Positions 24,320 through 37,882 of a DNA stretch of 64,000 nt are shown piece after piece. The notes below the pieces were generated by a model. That model worked only from the letters and a program-made list of their open reading frames with translations. It was not told where the DNA came from and made no database searches. This DNA is from Octopus vulgaris (lineage: Eukaryota): NCBI GenBank assembly GCA_951406725.2, contig OX597814.1:128960001-129024000 (forward strand), given 5' to 3'. Position 1 is the stretch's first letter, and each line of letters opens with the position of its first letter. A program made the position numbers and the translations under genes.

Positions 24320-24658
24320 GAAGGAGTGGATGTGTGGTAAGTAGCTTGCTAACCAACCACATGGTTCTGGGTTCAGTCCCACTGCGTGGCATCTTGGGCA
24401 AGTGTCTTCTGCTATAGCCCCAGGCTGACCAATGCCTTGTGAGTGGATTTGTGTGTCTGTGTTTGTCCCCCTAGCATTGCTTGACAACTGATGCTGGTGT
24501 GTTTACGTCCCCGTCACTTAGCGGTTCGGCAAAAAGAGACCAATAGAATAAGTACTGGGCTTACAAAGAATAAGTCCTGGGGTCGATTTGCTCAACTAAA
24601 GGCGGTGCTCCAGCATGGCCACAGTCAAATGACTGAAACAAGTAAAAGAGTAAAGAGA
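24320..24658 (+). mobile_element. SINE family A, internally deleted
   Basis: Head to tail without the (TA)n core. Confidence 0.85.
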
Positions 24659-25215
24659 AGTCGCTTTATGGTAATTTGAACTGCTAAAAATAATAGCAAA
24701 ATACTATCTCAAATTACATTTTATCAACCAAAATAAAGCATGGGTTAGAGTATGTAATATTGAAATTCTTAGGACTATCAAATTCATGAAGATAAATAGT
24801 TTGGCTGTATGGTCAAGTCTGCTTCCCATCCATCAGGTTTTAGGTTCAGTCCCACTACAAGGTACATTGGGCAAGTGTCTTCTATAATACTGGGATCCAA
24901 AGCTTTGTAAGTGGATTAAGTAGATGGAAACTAAAAGAAGCCCATATATGTATGTAGCTATGTATATGTGTGTCCCTTTGTCTTGACATTATGCATCAGT
25001 TATAAACGAATGGTACTATTATACAATGTTCATCCAAGAGGAAATATTACTGTTCCTTGGAAACAGTTGAAGGTGGGAGGCAGGAAGAGCATCCAGACAT
25101 TGGAAATTTACTGAAATCAAGTCCATCTGGTTTATGCAAACAGGGAAAAATTATTATCTTTAATTTGTTTCAGTCATTAGGTGGCTATGCTGGAGCATCA
25201 CTTTAAAGAGTTAAC

Positions 25216-25615
25216 TGTGCCAGTGGAACGTAACCATGCTGGTGGCACGTAAAAAGCACCATTCAAGTGTGATTGTTACCAGCATCGCCTTACTGGCACT
25301 TATGCTGGTGGCACATGAAAAAACATTCGAGCGAGGTCATTGCCAGTGATGCTGGACTGGCTCCTGTGTAGGTGGCATGTAAAAAACACCATTTGAGTGT
25401 GGCCGTTGCCAGTACTGTCTGACTGGTCCTCGTGCTGGTGGCACATAAAAGCACCCAAAGAGTGGTTGGCATTAGGAAGGGCATCCAGCTGTAGAAACTC
25501 TGCCAGATCAGATTGGAGCCTGGTGCAGTCATCTGGTTCACCAGTCCTCAGTCAAATCGTCCAACCCATGCTAGCATGGAAAGCGGACGTTAAACGATGG
25601 TGATGATGATGATGA
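25216..25615 (+). mobile_element. Family C retroposon with four or five internal repeat modules
   Basis: Repeated 'ggtggcac(g/a)t(a/g)aaaa' modules; close copy at 50396-50784. Confidence 0.85.
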
Positions 25616-26889
25616 ATTGACCTCAGTACTTCTTTTTTAAAGCTTGATACTCAGTCTATCAGTCTCTTTTGATGAATCACTAAGTTACGAGGATGTAAAT
25701 TAATCAACATCAGTTGTCAAGCAAGTGGCAGAGGACACAAACAAATACAAAAACACACACACACACATACGATGGGATTCTATCATTTCCCTCTACTAAA
25801 TTCACAAGGTTTTGGTTGGCCTGAGGCTATTTAGAAGAACCTTACCCAAGGTACCATGCAGTGGGACTGAACCTGGAACCATGAGATTGGAAAGCAAACA
25901 TCTTAGCATGCAACCATGCCTGCACCTATATATGATGATGATGATGATGATTTTCATACACACCAGAACATCATGTAGAAATAATATATCTGAAAACACA
26001 AAGATGGGGATGGACGTGGTTGGAATGTCTTCAATTCTAAGTCAAGACTTATTTGGTCAGGGACAATCCAGGGATTTACCAGCAACAAAATAAATTGTAA
26101 AATAATTACCAACAAACTAATCACATGAATCTTAAAAACAATGTCCAATACTGTCTCTTTTCTGTTCATATGAATAGTCTGACATTTATGTTCTATTCTA
26201 TCAAGTTGGATTCTAAGAACCTTTCTGTCTAGAGACTTAGCAGTAATGTTGAAATCATGACAAACAGTGATTTGGAACCAAAATAATTACTATTTACAAT
26301 TACAGTTTTCCAAATATCCCCTACTCGGGAATAAAAAAAAAACCCAACAAATCACAGCAACCCTTTACTAAAACCAAATAACATCTGCTGAAAATAACCC
26401 CACCCTGAAATTCTACTCTTTAGAATGGCAATTCTTAAACTATAGGTTGCAGTGTAATTCTTAAAGGGTTGCGAAGACAACAATCTTTTACTTTTGAAAT
26501 ATTTGATAAAATGTAAAATATTCGTGAATATGTTATATAAGCCACAAGCAAAATGGCTACAACACAACATCATAACATTCATTACAAATAAAAACTGGCA
26601 AAAAAATTTCCAAGAAAACTACTGAATGTTAATTTTATTAAATTTTTGGAAAATTGCTTTTTGTTTAGATATTAAAAGAGAGGACATAGAAAAGGATTAT
26701 TGATTTTGCCAATGGATTATAATAGTAAAAGGTTGTAATCACCTCTCTAAGACACAGAAGTGGAATGTGCCATTATTAAGGTTTTTGAATGAAGAAGTTC
26801 AAGATTTTGACATGCACCAAAGGGTTACATCAAACAATGAAAAGATGCTGTCAATTGTAAAATGTGTGACCAGATTGTATAAGAGTGAA

Positions 26890-26945
<56 letters not shown>

Positions 26946-27546
26946 TCATAAATAAAACAACTGGTTTGACATTAGGAGATCCTAGTTCCCGTGGAAGATT
27001 ATAAATACCACCTGGATAAATCTCCCTTCCATGTCACTGACCACCCTCCTTCATCAATAAGTTAGTCAGTGTAGAGTAGCCATCAGGGACGCACTGGGCT
27101 TATTGATTACACACACTCACACACAGTCATTGAAAGAGTCTATGCCAGGGCAGAGAACCTTTTTCATGCTAGTCATGAAGTGTCTTCATGTAAGAACTTG
27201 TGAAGTAAAAACCTTTGTATTGAAAAACTTAACTTTTAAGTCTACAAACTGATAGGAAATCAAAATCAAAATGGAAATTGTAGTTCTGGCCAATGCCAGT
27301 GCCACCTGACTGGCACCCATTCTGGTGGCATGTAATAAGTATCATTCAAGCATGGTGCAGTTCTCACTCTCTTCGGCTGTCACCTCTTCATTGTTCTACA
27401 GAATTAACTCAGTGGAAAAGTCTGAGAAGGTGTCCATATCTGCTTGAAACTAAATAGGTACCTAAAATTTTTAGTGAAGGAATGGTACATGATTCCAGGT
27501 CATTCTTTCTTGCAATGATGGCCATGTTTTGGTTTTGTTCAAAAGA

Positions 27547-27765
27547 TTAGCTCTTTAACATTCAGATTTTTCTGTCAAATGTAATGCTTATTAATTAACA
27601 TAGTCTTGAATTAATCATGCATTATCTTTTAGCTTCAAGATTTTGATGATGCTGTTGTCTAGTTTTAAAATGACATTGTAGGGTAGGTGTGAGAAGCCAG
27701 ATCTGGCAGTTTGAACATGAAATAAGTTGGATCTGATATGGCCAGTTTAAATGCTAATGGGTTAA
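27547..27765. mobile_element. piggyBac-like MITE
   Basis: Degenerate TIRs ttag-ctctttaacatt / aatgctaatggg-ttaa with a TTAA-like target. Confidence 0.55.
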
Positions 27766-28237
27766 GCAATTTTTTTTTGTTGTTTTGTTCTTGAGAGTTT
27801 GTCAGTGTTCACTGACTTTGCTTGTGAGCAGTTTCAAAATTGAATGTAGGTGAGAGGGGTTCCCCATTCTCTGTTCTTTGACCAACAAGAAATAGAAGCT
27901 AAATCTTCCTCAAATCACATTTTACTGAGTTTAAAAGGAGACATTGGATAATGTAATCTCTGGTACCAAAAAAGGAGGGGGTCACAACTAGAATGTCTTT
28001 GATGATAGGTCTACTGGATCAAGTCTAACCTGAGGCTAAACAGCTGTAATGATCTTTAGAAAACCAAGAACACAAACACTAAACAAAAAAGGCTATGCAG
28101 TTATCTTTTACTTGTATCAACCATGCTGGGGCTCTGCCTTGAAGAATCTTTAGTTGAATGTGCTGACCCTAGTTTTTCTTTCTTAAAACCTAGAACTTAT
28201 TCTATTGCTCTCATTTGCCAAGCCACTAAGTTACGGT

Positions 28238-28924
28238 GATGTTGCCAAGAAGGCTGAAGGTGTCTTGGCATCACTTACGAAGTCCTTTGTAAGCCACTCT
28301 CCAGCTATCTATCTGAGGCTTTATATAGCTATGGTGCAGCCTCACCTGGAATTTGCATCACCGGTCTGGAACCCCTATCTTGCCCAGGATATTAACTGTC
28401 TGGAAACCATTCAGTGATATGCAACCAAGAGAATACCCTCCATCAGGCATTTGCCATATTCTGAACGCCTTACTTCCCTGGGCATGGATACATTGAAACT
28501 CTGACATCTGGCAGCTGACTTGGAAGACACCCATAAAATTATTAACCATCTTACTAACAATAACTCTGAGTACCTTTTCAAACTCCACCTGACACCCGTG
28601 GACATGTTTACAAAGACAGAAAACAGCACAGCTCCCATCACTTTCGAAAACATTTTTTCATGCTAAGAGTTGCTGAAGCATGGAGCAAACTGCCGGTATC
28701 AGTTGTTAGTTGTTGGAGCACTGCATCCTTCAAAACTTCCATGCTTCTTGGATTTGCCAACACTACACCTGATTTTCTCCCCTCCATACACACACAAGCA
28801 TGTATCTGACTCATACACAGTTCACTTTCCAGACATTTGTACACTACTGCATATGCTTTATACGCACTTTTGACAAGTTGTGGTTCACCTGAGCACTGTA
28901 TACAATAATTTCATTATTATTATT
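28238..28924 (+). mobile_element. CR1-clade LINE, 5'-truncated (ORF2 C-terminus, 3'UTR, (ATT)n tail)
   Basis: Translation LYIAMVQPHLEFASPVWNPYLAQDINCLETIQ...PYSERLTSLG...TRGH...FFMLRVAEAWSKLP with premature stops. Confidence 0.9.
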
Positions 28925-29373
28925 TAAACACACACACACACACATGAAAGAAGCCCGTTGTTTCCGCCAACCAAAACTACTCACAAGACTTTAATGGGCT
29001 TGAAGCTAATGGAAGACACTTGCCCAAGGTGTCACACAGTGAGACTGAACCTAGAACAATGTAGTTGGAAAGCAAGCTTCTTAACACACAGCCACACGTG
29101 AACCTATTTAATAGAATTTTCTTTAAAGATGACATGAATGTGAGAGCATTCTAAGACTAATGATTGTTATAATTGATGTTTATCGTAAACATTTCACCAG
29201 TCAGTGCCTGCAGGATAATAATCTTGTGTGGTGTAAAAAAAGAACTAAAGGCGGTCGCAGGAAACTCCGAGGTCCGTTCTGATTGAGCAAACCTGTGATT
29301 AACCTGTCTGAAGCTGCTCCTAATTCTAAGACAGAAATTTTACCTGTTTTAAAATAGTTTAAATTAAAACCTT

Positions 29374-29544
29374 GGTAAGTAGCTTGCTTATGAACCACAG
29401 GGTTCCGGGTTCAGTCCCACTGCATGGCACCTTGGGCAAGTGTCTTCTACTAATATAGCCTCGGGCTGACCAAAACCTAGTGAGTGGATTTGATAGATGG
29501 AAACTGAAAGAAGCCTGTCGTATATATGTATGTATGTATGTATG

Positions 29545-29603
<59 letters not shown>

Positions 29604-29826
29604 TATATATATATGTATGTATGTTTGTGTGTCTGTGTTTGTCTCCCCCAACATCGCTTGACAACCGATGCTGGTGTGTTTACGTCCCCGTAACTTAGCG
29701 GTTCGGCAAAAGAGACCGATAGAATATGTACTAGGCTTACAAAGAATAAGTCCTGGGGTCGATTTGCTCGACTAAAGGCGATGCTCCAGCATGGCCACAG
29801 TCACATGACTGAAACAAGTAAAAGAG
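29374..29826 (+). mobile_element. SINE family A, CpG-retaining copy
   Basis: Near-consensus copy with long internal (TA)n. Confidence 0.9.
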
Positions 29827-31789
29827 TGTTAATTCATGTCCAAACCCTCAGCTTAATAACGATTAAGTTATTTCCCCAAATTCTTAATAATTTTAAAAAT
29901 TAATTAAAACAGAAATATGGCAACGGAAAGGTTACATATCTCGGCCGTAATCAAGTTATCTATTTTTCAGGCATAGTGTATCTTGGACTACATTATCTAA
30001 TTTGTCACTCTGCTTTTTTGCGATTTCACAGATTTAGCTGTTATTTCTAGCAAACCAAGCGATTACGTAGAGGCTTCTTCGAAAGCTTGGTAGATTTTTA
30101 AACAAGATCCGTTTGGCTCCATATACAAAGAGTTCTAAAATGTTTGTATTTATAAACACAGACACACTGGCTGCGTATAGTTAATGAGATGGATTACTGA
30201 CCCCGGAGTTACGAGTTCAATTATTCTTACAATCGAAGAACACGATTCTGTTTGCTTACACATTTCTTCTCTGAAGAGCCGCACCTAGATTATTCGTCTC
30301 CACCTCACCTTATGTCACACACATTTATACCCTTGTTTGTTTACGTTTCCAGATCCGACTCATACTGACACAGACTATCACCAGCTTACCAATTCTTGTG
30401 ACTAACCTTAATAATAGAATTACACCCACTCCTTTTTTATGGTTGAGTAGCCACTTTATAAAACTGACTCCAACTTAGATAGATAGATAGATAGATCAAT
30501 AATACGTCGAAATTAAATTTTGGAGGAAACAGTTTCTGTTCGCATGGAATTAAATATGTATAAATAGATTTTTATAATAAATATAATTGTGTGTATACAT
30601 ATGTGTGTGTGTATATATATGTGTGTGTGTGGTGGAAGGAAAGTGAGTATGTGTATATATATATATCTATGTAAATCTCAATCTCTTTAGTTCTCTCGTT
30701 CACAATCTCTGTGTATGCATGTTACACGTGTACGCTTATATGTTGATTCACGTATGTATGTATACACGCACATACGCGTGCGCGTTTATCCACACATCAA
30801 CACGCACATTCGCGCGCGCCTAATTTCATATAAACGATGGGGAAACTTTTTTTTTTCTCCTCAGTCCTTAATCGATACTCTATGATGCTAGACCCTATTA
30901 TAAACGTATAATATCTGTATTATATCAGTATATCTACTAAACTGTACCAGTGTTCGCTTAATTATTTGCTTCTCTTCGTCTTTTTTTTCCCTTCGTTCTT
31001 TTCTCTTCTTTCTACAACTTTACCGAAGCGCTTTTAAAACCTCATTCAGCATCATCGTAAGAGATTTTTATATCCACTGTTTGATTATTCACTTCATGGC
31101 CATGCTCACACGCAACATCAAACAATACAGCATGAAATCTGCCTCTATCTACAACTATCATCACACAATCAACTACTACACACACTTCTTCCACCTAACG
31201 CCACCATCACCACAATCACCATCAACATTACCACACCTATAGGGATACTATAGACTTCAGCTTGGCACCCCTCCAACTCTCTCTCTCTCTCTTTTGCAGT
31301 CTATCTGTCTCTCTCTGTCTTTCTTTTTCTCCTTCAGTCACATTCAGTAAATTCTAACTGTGGTGCCGAATCGTTCCGTGCCGGTGGTGTGGTGCCGATA
31401 TCGTACTGTGTGCCATGCAAGTCCGTTTATATAGCACTGGAATCAAAGCTTGTAATATTGTGACTTGACTGAAGGTGGGACGTGACCGAAAGAGTGGGAG
31501 TAGCAGAAGACTGGTCTGTTTTGTTGATAGTAGGAGTTTTGACATCTTTTACTCTAACTCTTTCGCTCTCTTTCTCTCGCATTTACTTTCTATCTGGTTC
31601 TCCCCGCCTCTTTGAGAAACGGGAGTGGGTGTGAGTTCTGCTCGCATGTCTTAGTCCCAGAGGAAGACCACTACATTTACTATTCTTACTCCTGTTGTGG
31701 AAACAATTGCTCTTGTTAGCAGCGTGCAACTTGCTACTCCAATGGAATGATGACACTATTCTGTAGCTGTGCCAATTCCCTCTCTTCAG

Positions 31790-31798
31790 ATGAACAAG
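31790..31798 (+). CDS. Candidate 9-nt microexon or 3' end of a first exon (ATGAACAAG)
   Basis: ttccctctcttcag|ATGAACAAG|gtgaga; alternative reading is MMTLFCSCANSLSSDEQ from the ATG at 31747. Confidence 0.4.
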
Positions 31799-32259
31799 GT
31801 GAGAACATTTTCGGCGAATTTCGCTTTCCTTTTCTATTATTGTTCATTGTTTTGTTTTTCTTATTTCATATGTCTTCATTCACCCCTCTCACCCGGTCTT
31901 CTCATGTTTTCTTACCGATGTTTTCTTACTATAAGTGCTTACGAGGCTGTTTGAATACCGGTTAAGAATGTTTGTATTGTTTCTCTTACCTACACCATTA
32001 TCATCGCATCCAACAGCGTTATCATCATCGTTACAACCTATATCACAACCATGCCTCCTCTTCGTACAGGTTTGAAATCGGTGTTCTCTCTCTCTCTGTC
32101 TCTTTTTTTCTTCCTTCTCTCTTTCACTTCCATTCTTCCTCAAGATTATCTTTCATTCATTCGCCCACCCTCTGTTCCATTTTGGCTAACTTTGAATCAC
32201 AAACACTGGATTTTAGAGGAGAAAGTAACTGAATATTGTCATGATGATGGTGGTACTAA

Positions 32260-32640
32260 GAAATGTTGCTGCTAGGTTTGTAATGGTGATGGTAACGATG
32301 ATACTAAGTTTGTGATGATGATAGCGGTGGTGATGATGATAATATTAAATCAGTGATGGTGGTGGTGGTGGTAGCGATGATACTAAGTTTGTGATGATGA
32401 TAGTGGTGGTGATGATGATAATATTAAATCAGTGACGGTGGTGGTGGTAGCGATGATACTAAATTTGTGATAAGAATGATGGTGACGATGGTGCTAAGTT
32501 TGTGATGATATTGACAATGATGCTGCTGGTAGCGATTTAACTGAGTTTGTAATAATGATGATGATGGCGATAGCAATAATTCTAATTGCTAGCGATGGTG
32601 TTAAGTTTGTGGCGGTGTTGATGGTAGCGAAGATGATAGT
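32260..32640. repeat. Degenerate ~77-bp minisatellite within a (GAT/GGT)n tract
   Basis: 32296-32374 is nearly identical to 32375-32450; 'ctaagtttgt' motif recurs. Confidence 0.8.
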
Positions 32641-33354
32641 AATAATAACGTTGTTTGTACACAAGCTGTGGTTGTTGTACTCAAGGTAATATTGGCGCTG
32701 TTCATGATAATGATGGTGATGAGGATGAGGATGATGATGATGATGTAAAGTTTGCCAGTACTATTTCCTTATTTGCATCTGGCACTGTTGATAGCATGCT
32801 GTGTTATGTGTATGGCTGCATGGCTTATGGTGCAACATTGCTAGTTCAGCCAAATCAATAATGTAGTGGTGGTGGTGGTTTTGGTGGTGGTGGTGGTGGT
32901 GAGGGTGGTTTTGGTGGTGGCGGCGGCGGCGGCAGTTGTGGTCATTGGTAAACTTATGTCAAGCGTTTCAATACCGTTAAGAAAGAAGATGGAATGCAAC
33001 AATGTAACAGTAAACAAAGACAAGGAGCAACTCGAAAATATTTGTGAGACGACTGCATATGTTTTGTATATGCATATTATACTTCGCATCCACATATAAA
33101 CATGCATATCGCTGACATTGAAAATGCCGAGCAGATGGAACTCTTGCTTGTAAATAGAATAATGAAAGAAGCCTACGTGTAAATATATACAAAACGTTGT
33201 CACACTTGTCACGTCTGAGAGCAAAATTCTTGTAAAATTCTGTTGAAAGTAGTAAGAATGCTTTCTTATTCTTATGAGCGTGAAGAAGTATCAGGGAAGC
33301 CACATACGTGCATACACATACACACATGTGTCATTGCGTGTAAATATGAATACG

Positions 33355-33468
33355 GGGAAGTGTGTGTATTTTTGTAAGTATTTGTGAGTGATTGTGTGTG
33401 TATATGTGTGTGTGAGTGTATGATCGTATGTATGTGTGTGTGTATGTATGTGTGTATGAATGTATGTA

Positions 33469-33499
<31 letters not shown>

Positions 33500-33727
33500 G
33501 ATTGAATATGTATATGTATGTATGTGTGAATGAATGTGTATATGTATGTATATATGTGTGTATGATTGTATGTGTGATTGCATGATTGTATATATATTTG
33601 TATGTATGATTGTGTTGTAAATATGATTGTATATGTTTGTGTATAATTGTATGTGTATACAAACTGCCGTTTATATAGAGAGAGATAAATGTGATTATGT
33701 GTGTGTATGTAATATATATCATATATA

Positions 33728-33766
<39 letters not shown>

Positions 33767-33775
33767 GTGTGTGTT
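33355..33775. repeat. Compound (TG/TATG/TA)n microsatellite
   Basis: Direct inspection. Confidence 0.9.
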
Positions 33776-34383
33776 TAAGTATTTAATCTATTAGATCTAT
33801 ATGAGGATTTCATACCGGTACATGTGTTGATATAATTAACTTGTAAATATCAAAGATCTTCATTGGACATGAAAGCAGAGTATAGATCTAATGTTAATTA
33901 ATAAAGTATAAATACACGGAGCATATCTAAACAATCACATGGTTCATAGCTGCTTCACTAATGAGATGAAGAACAAAAGTCCACTTTAGACAAACACTGC
34001 CAAAAGACCATTCAGCTGATTGGCAAAAAAATGACTGTCCAACTACTTGCACAAGTACTAGTCCGTATATGTGCTGTGTATTCTCCTTTTCCTCTTGCAC
34101 TGCTACAACAATTGCTTCTCTTTTGAACTTCGTAACCCGCACACTACTTTTGTCCTTGCCTACTCATATCCCCTGTATCTCCTCTTTTTATTGTTCTGAT
34201 GTGTTCTCATTGCTCCGAAGCCTTGTTGTAAATGGGTGTGGCTGTTTGGCTAAGAAGCTTACTTTGTAAGCATGTAGTTTTCAGTTCAGTTCCGCGATGC
34301 AGTACCTTGGCTAGATAAAGTGTCTTCAGCTGTAGCTTTGGGCAGATCGATGCCTTGTGAGTGAATTTGGTAGACAGAAACTG

Positions 34384-34695
34384 TGGCGGCGAGCTGGCAG
34401 AAACGTTAGCACGCCGGGCGAAATGCTTAGTGGTATTTCGTCTGCTGCTACGTTCCAAGTTCAAATTCTGCCGAGGTCGACTTTGCCTTTCATCCTTTCT
34501 AAGGCAGCAAGCTAGCAGAAACGTTAGCATGCTGGGCAAAATGCTTAGCAGTATTTCGTCTGCTGCTTCGTTCTGAGTTCAAATTCCACCGAGGTCGACT
34601 TTGCCTTTCATCCTTTCGGGGTCACTTAAATAAATACCAGTTATGACTTAATCCATTTGTTTGTCCCCTTTGTGTGTAGCCCCTAAGAAATAAAA
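34384..34695 (+). mobile_element. SINE family B head-dimer nested in a family A-like copy
   Basis: Two consecutive 'gct(g/a)gcagaaacgttagca...ctttcatccttt' units. Confidence 0.85.
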
Positions 34696-36204
34696 AACTG
34701 TGGAGGTCCTTTGTATGTGTGTGTGTCTGTGTGTATACATATAATGTGTGAGTATATATATGTTTGTGTATGTGTAATGGAGCTTGGTATGGCCTTCTGA
34801 CTTGCTGGCTCTCAGTCAAACCGTCCAACCCATGCCTGCATGGAAAGCGAATGTTAAATGATGATGATATATGTATGTGTCTGTATCTGTTTGTTTATGT
34901 CCCCATAACTCAGAAGTTTGGTAAAAGAAATCAATAGAATTCAGCGGTGGTGCCCCAGCATGGCCGCGGCCTTCGGGCTAAAACATTTTTAAGGATTTAA
35001 GAATAATAGACTTAAGTATGAGTAGTACTGGGGACAATTTGTTCAACTAAAACCCTTTAAGGTGGTGCTCCAGCATGGCCACTGTCCAATGACTGGAACA
35101 AGTAAAAAAAAAATGATAAAAAGATAAATCACTCTTTTCCTGTTTCTAGAATTCCCACCCTTTCTATACTGCTGTTTAACCCCAGGTCAGAGCTGAATGA
35201 GTAGACATATGACTGAAGGCATTCTACCCTTGATCAGCCTGTCTTTTCAAACCTAGTTTATTCCATGATTAACAGTGGTCAATATCAAATTTTTATATGG
35301 GTTTTATTAACCTTTACCCTTTGCCTTCTCCTTGTTCCAGTTACAGGATTCTGGTAATGTCAGTGCACTGTCTTGAAGGGTTTAGTTGAGCAAATTGATC
35401 CCAGTACTTATTTTAAAAATCTGGTACTTATTCTATTGTTCACTTTTGTTGAACTGCTAAGTTACAGGAATGTCAACAAGCATTGGTCGTCAAGAGATGC
35501 AGTTGGGTGGACAAAGACACACACACAGGCACACACACACACACAAAATGCTTTCACACAACTTCCGTTGAACAAATTAAATCACGAGGCATTGGTTGGT
35601 CCACAGCTATAATAGAAGACACTTGTCCAAAGTGTTGCACTGTGGAATTGAACCTGAAAACACGTAGTTACAAAGTGAGTTTTAAAAAAATTTTTGAATG
35701 TGTGACATGAGAGAAATTTGGCTACTCTTTCTAGCAAATAGAGCAAAAACAAAGGAGGTCTCTTGTTGTTTAATCCTCAGCCGGCTCTGATTAAATAGCC
35801 ATGTGATTAGAAGACATCCAGTCATTACCATTCCATCTTTTTCCTATGTGCATGGAACCCGTTAATCGTATTATCCACTGCATCCCTTTTTAAGACGGTA
35901 GGGCATGATCAAAAAAGATTTGGTTTCTATTTCTAGTGGATCAACCAGCCATGCAGACGTTCTTGTGTTGGTTTGAGTTTCCCTCGTATATACTCTTTGG
36001 CATTGACCTTGAGTAGTTCCAACTAAGCCTCAACCATATTGATATCAAGCAGTCTGTGATGGGGAGGGGCCATCATAATTATGGGCACTGCCCGACCTCC
36101 TCTTCCTTCCGACTTATTAATAATTAAAAACAAAAAAAACTTCCTTTCAAGTGTATATTGACCACTTGACTGCTTTTGACCAGGAAACCACAAACACATG
36201 AATG

Positions 36205-36426
36205 CATGCAAGCATGGGCACATACATATGTGCATTTGTGTGTTTATGTTTATAATGTGTGTATATATATATATGTGTGTGTGTGTATGTATGTATATAT
36301 ATATGTGTGTGTATGTATGTATGTATATATATATATATGTGTGTGTATGTATGTATATATATATATACATACATACATATATACATACATACATATATAT
36401 AGTGTATGCATGTATAAATGTGTGTA

Positions 36427-36516
<90 letters not shown>

Positions 36517-36651
36517 TATGACTTACTATCTGTTGTATGTAGCCAAATGGGCGTTGGAAGAGTTTGTGGGTGGAATTTGAAGTGTGTAGGCCTAGTTTTT
36601 GCTCAATATCAACTATTTAATATATATACATACATACATTCATACATACAC

Positions 36652-36701
<50 letters not shown>

Positions 36702-36720
36702 ACTGTTTCAGATATGTATA
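36205..36720. repeat. Compound microsatellites (TG/TATG/TC/TA)n
   Basis: Direct inspection. Confidence 0.9.
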
Positions 36721-37606
36721 TATTAGAAAATGCAGTATCTACATTTATGTGTGTATGTGTTTCTACAAATGAATCAATGTTTATATAATTATGTTCGTAA
36801 GACGTGGCTACATGTCTTGGAATACATACATCACATGCATGCTTATATTGAAATAATAATGCCACTACACACCACTCATATGCAAACATATGTATGACTG
36901 CTGATATATATATGTATAAAGAAAAATAAGCTAGTTGCTGTTAATACTTATTCAAGTACCCCACCTCCTCAAATAGAAAGATCCTACATAAATATGTGGA
37001 AATAGTTAATGTAAACATATATATATGTGTGTGTTTGAGCATAAGTGACACATACATAAGTGAACATAGCTACTTTGCAAGTAGTGTTGCACAACTATGT
37101 TTATATGTGCACAAACACATATACACTATGTATGTGTATAACTAATGCTGCATATATAGAAATGTATCTCATAGTTACATGTAAACAATTATGTATCTAG
37201 GGCTGCTGAAATTTGCAAAAGAACTTGGTGACTGACTGAATGGGCTCCGTCCAACCCATACCAGCATGGAAAAGCAGCTGTAAAAATGATGATGATATCT
37301 GATATTAAATGATGAATGACTAACTTTACATACATACATACATCATACATACATACATACATACATACATACATACATACATACATACATGTATTCATGC
37401 ATGTATCTATGTATGCATACATGTATCTTTGTATGTATGGATGTATGTGTCAATGTATGTTTTAGATTATAAAGTTTATGTAGGGTGTGTGTTTAACTTG
37501 AAAATGTGTTTTTATGTAAGTCTGTTGATGATAATTCGTACCCATGTTTCACAAAATATTCTTAAAGACAAAACGGTATCCATTGATTAGCAACAGTTCC
37601 AGTATT

Positions 37607-37609
37607 CTG

Positions 37610-37684
<75 letters not shown>

Positions 37685-37882
37685 GTCTGTCTATCTATCT
37701 ATCTCTCTGTCTATCTATATATCTATCTACCTATCTATCTAAATATTTGTTTGTCTATTTGTCTATATATATATACATATAATTTGTTTGTCTATCTGTC
37801 TATATATATATATATATATATTTGTCTATATATATATATATATATATATATTTGTTTATCTATCTATCTATCTATCTATCTT
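37607..37882. repeat. (TCTA)n/(TA)n microsatellite
   Basis: Direct inspection. Confidence 0.9.

Larger units (their letters stand above)
29900..33350. promoter_or_regulatory. CpG-rich, SINE-poor island; probable promoter region
   Basis: Visibly high CpG density (e.g. 30730-30840, 31360-31490) against CpG-depleted flanks; (CT)n tract, TCAGT Inr-like motifs at 31334 and 31344, TATA-like 31426-31433, splice donor at 31799. Confidence 0.55.

Noticed and set aside
31354-31545. 63-aa minus ORF resembling a mitochondrial transit peptide
   Set aside because: Ends in a stop with no convincing donor and no downstream exons found
32750-32845. Possible pre-miRNA hairpin
   Set aside because: Pairing too irregular by eye and no known mature miRNA recognised
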